The translations under genes were made by a program, and so were the position numbers. DNA of 64,000 nt from an uncultured Acidobacteriaceae bacterium (GTDB lineage Bacteria; Acidobacteriota; Terriglobia; Terriglobales; Acidobacteriaceae), in contig CAWILB010000074.1 of the NCBI GenBank assembly GCA_963836635.1, positions 9,677-73,676 of the forward strand, given 5' to 3'. Position 1 is the stretch's first letter. The number at the start of each line of letters is the position of its first letter. The notes under the pieces were generated by a model, which saw only the letters and a list, made by a program, of their open reading frames with translations, searched no databases and was not told where the DNA came from. Below, piece by piece: positions 62,587 to 64,000 of the stretch.

Positions 62587-64000
62587 ATGAAGATGATCCA
62601 AGACAGGTTCCGAGTGGCCGTGCTCGTTGGAGCCGCCGTCTCGGTCATGGCGTTTGCCGCGGAGGCAAATGCCCAGATTCAAAACCCTGTTGGCAATCAA
62701 TGGCCGAACGGCAATTGGGCGCCGAACGACAATCCGTGGCCTTACGCAAAGGGGAACCGCACAGCGCCTGTGCTCGCGGTGGTCGGCGATATCTCCTGCG
62801 AGCCGGGCGAGACGGAGCCCGCTGGTGAGAAGGCCGGTGAAAGCTGCGGCAACCCCAAGTCCCCCTACACCACCACCTCTCTGTGGCAATCCCAGGAGGC
62901 CACTGCGAATGAGATTGAGGCTATGATGCCTGACCTCGTCGCGATCGCCGGAGATCTGCAATACCAGGTTGGACAATTCGAGGACTTTGAGAGCTCGTAC
63001 GATTTGACCTATGGCGCTTTCAAAATGATCACGCGGCCGGCGCCTGGCAACCACGAGTTTTACGACGAGCATGGCGCCACCGGCGTTGCCGGCTACGGCT
63101 ACTTCTCCTACTTCAACGGCTACCAGATCGATGCCACAGGGCAACCGATCACGACTACGCTCGCGGACCCGTGCCCACAGTCGATGACGGGATGCGGCTA
63201 TCCGGCCGCTACCACTCCCAACCCCCAGCCTATACCGCGGGCTGATGGACAAGCGGGGCACTTCGAGGAGACGGGTGGAGTTGGATCCACCATACCGGCG
63301 GGCGGCCCGGTCGGAGTCGGAGATGGCTGGTATTCCTACGATCTGGGCTCCTGGCATATTATCTCGCTCAATATCGAGTGCGAGACCCAGCCAGGCGGGT
63401 GCTCTCCCACGGGCTCCTGGTTTGCCGCTGAGCTGGAATGGCTGAAGAAGGATCTCGAGGCGAATCATTCCGCTTGCACAGCCGCGTACTGGCATCAGCC
63501 AACGTTCAGCGCTACCAACGGCATCACCCAGGAGGGCGTTACCGCTCAGGCCTTTTGGCAGTTGCTCTATCAGTACAACGCCGACCTGGTGTTGAATGGG
63601 CACGACCACCTCTATGCCCGCTACCAACCCCTTGATCCCAATGGGAAGCCCGATCCACGGAGGGGCATACGGCAATTCACCGTGGGCACCGGCGGCGAGA
63701 CACTCGATCCGATCGTCGTAACCCCTGTCACGAGCGGCTCAGGCGAAACAAACATGGAGGATCCTACCGGCAACGTGAATTTCAACGCCCAGAATCTTCA
63801 GGCGTATACCGGGTACTACTGGGGTGTGATGGGCCTGACGCTCTATCCCAACGGCTACGCGTGGGATTTCGAGTCGGCACTGGCAGGTCCTGCAGCTTTA
63901 AGCAATGGCCCTACACTTCCTGCACCGAATGCGAATGGTGGTTATAGCGACAAGGGCCTCGGCACCTGCCACGGTTCACCCAACATGTGGGCAGCGAACC
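62587..64000 (+). CDS. Secreted calcineurin-like metallophosphoesterase (runs off the window end; not in the ORF track)
   Basis: RBS ggagg, signal peptide MKMIQDRFRVAVLVGAAVSVMAFAAEANA, and motifs VGDISC, AGDLQY, PGNHE, WHQP, NGHDH. Confidence 0.85.
   Translation, partial: MKMIQDRFRVAVLVGAAVSVMAFAAEANAQIQNPVGNQWPNGNWAPNDNPWPYAKGNRTAPVLAVVGDISCEPGETEPAGEKAGESCGNPKSPYTTTSLWQSQEATANEIEAMMPDLVAIAGDLQYQVGQFEDFESSYDLTYGAFKMITRPAPGNHEFYDEHGATGVAGYGYFSYFNGYQIDATGQPITTTLADPCPQSMTGCGYPAATTPNPQPIPRADGQAGHFEETGGVGSTIPAGGPVGVGDGWYSYDLGSWHIISLNIECETQPGGCSPTGSWFAAELEWLKKDLEANHSACTAAYWHQPTFSATNGITQEGVTAQAFWQLLYQYNADLVLNGHDHLYARYQPLDPNGKPDPRRGIRQFTVGTGGETLDPIVVTPVTSGSGETNMEDPTGNVNFNAQNLQAYTGYYWGVMGLTLYPNGYAWDFESALAGPAALSNGPTLPAPNANGGYSDKGLGTCHGSPNMWAAN

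Noticed and set aside
62464-63675. 403-aa minus-strand ORF
   Set aside because: It is the antisense shadow of the + strand metallophosphoesterase, which has an RBS, a signal peptide and catalytic motifs.

Overview
Bacterial chromosomal window, most likely Acidobacteriota (Terriglobia-like). The taxon is inferred from a TIGR03435-type gene, a YXWGXW-repeat protein and the general gene content. Many housekeeping genes (recJ, tmk, purE, purK, typA, comEC, pckG, xylB, xerD, xerC) are split by small indels, which most likely reflects an error-prone long-read consensus rather than pseudogenisation. The main feature is an intact, co-directional 10-gene phage-type head-neck-tail module at about 6687-15536, wedged between tmk and purE. 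Its inferred order is portal, prohead protease, scaffold, major capsid, adaptor, stopper, tail terminator, tail tube, hub/tip and a holin-like protein. No terminase, tape measure, sheath, endolysin, integrase, repressor, replication gene or att site is visible. It has a terminator-containing leader and host-type repeat hairpins bracketing the capsid gene. It is a candidate domesticated gene-transfer-agent-like or other virion-like particle system; a cryptic prophage remnant is the alternative. Other content includes a RAYT transposase flanked by perfect 49-bp inverted GTAG REPs, further REP-like families with compensatory changes, an SBP-histidine kinase-sigma54 regulator operon, coupled xerD-xerC, an Xre-RES toxin-antitoxin pair, several apparently leaderless genes, and two small ORFs missed by the ORF track. 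All family assignments are by motif recognition only; no searches were run.
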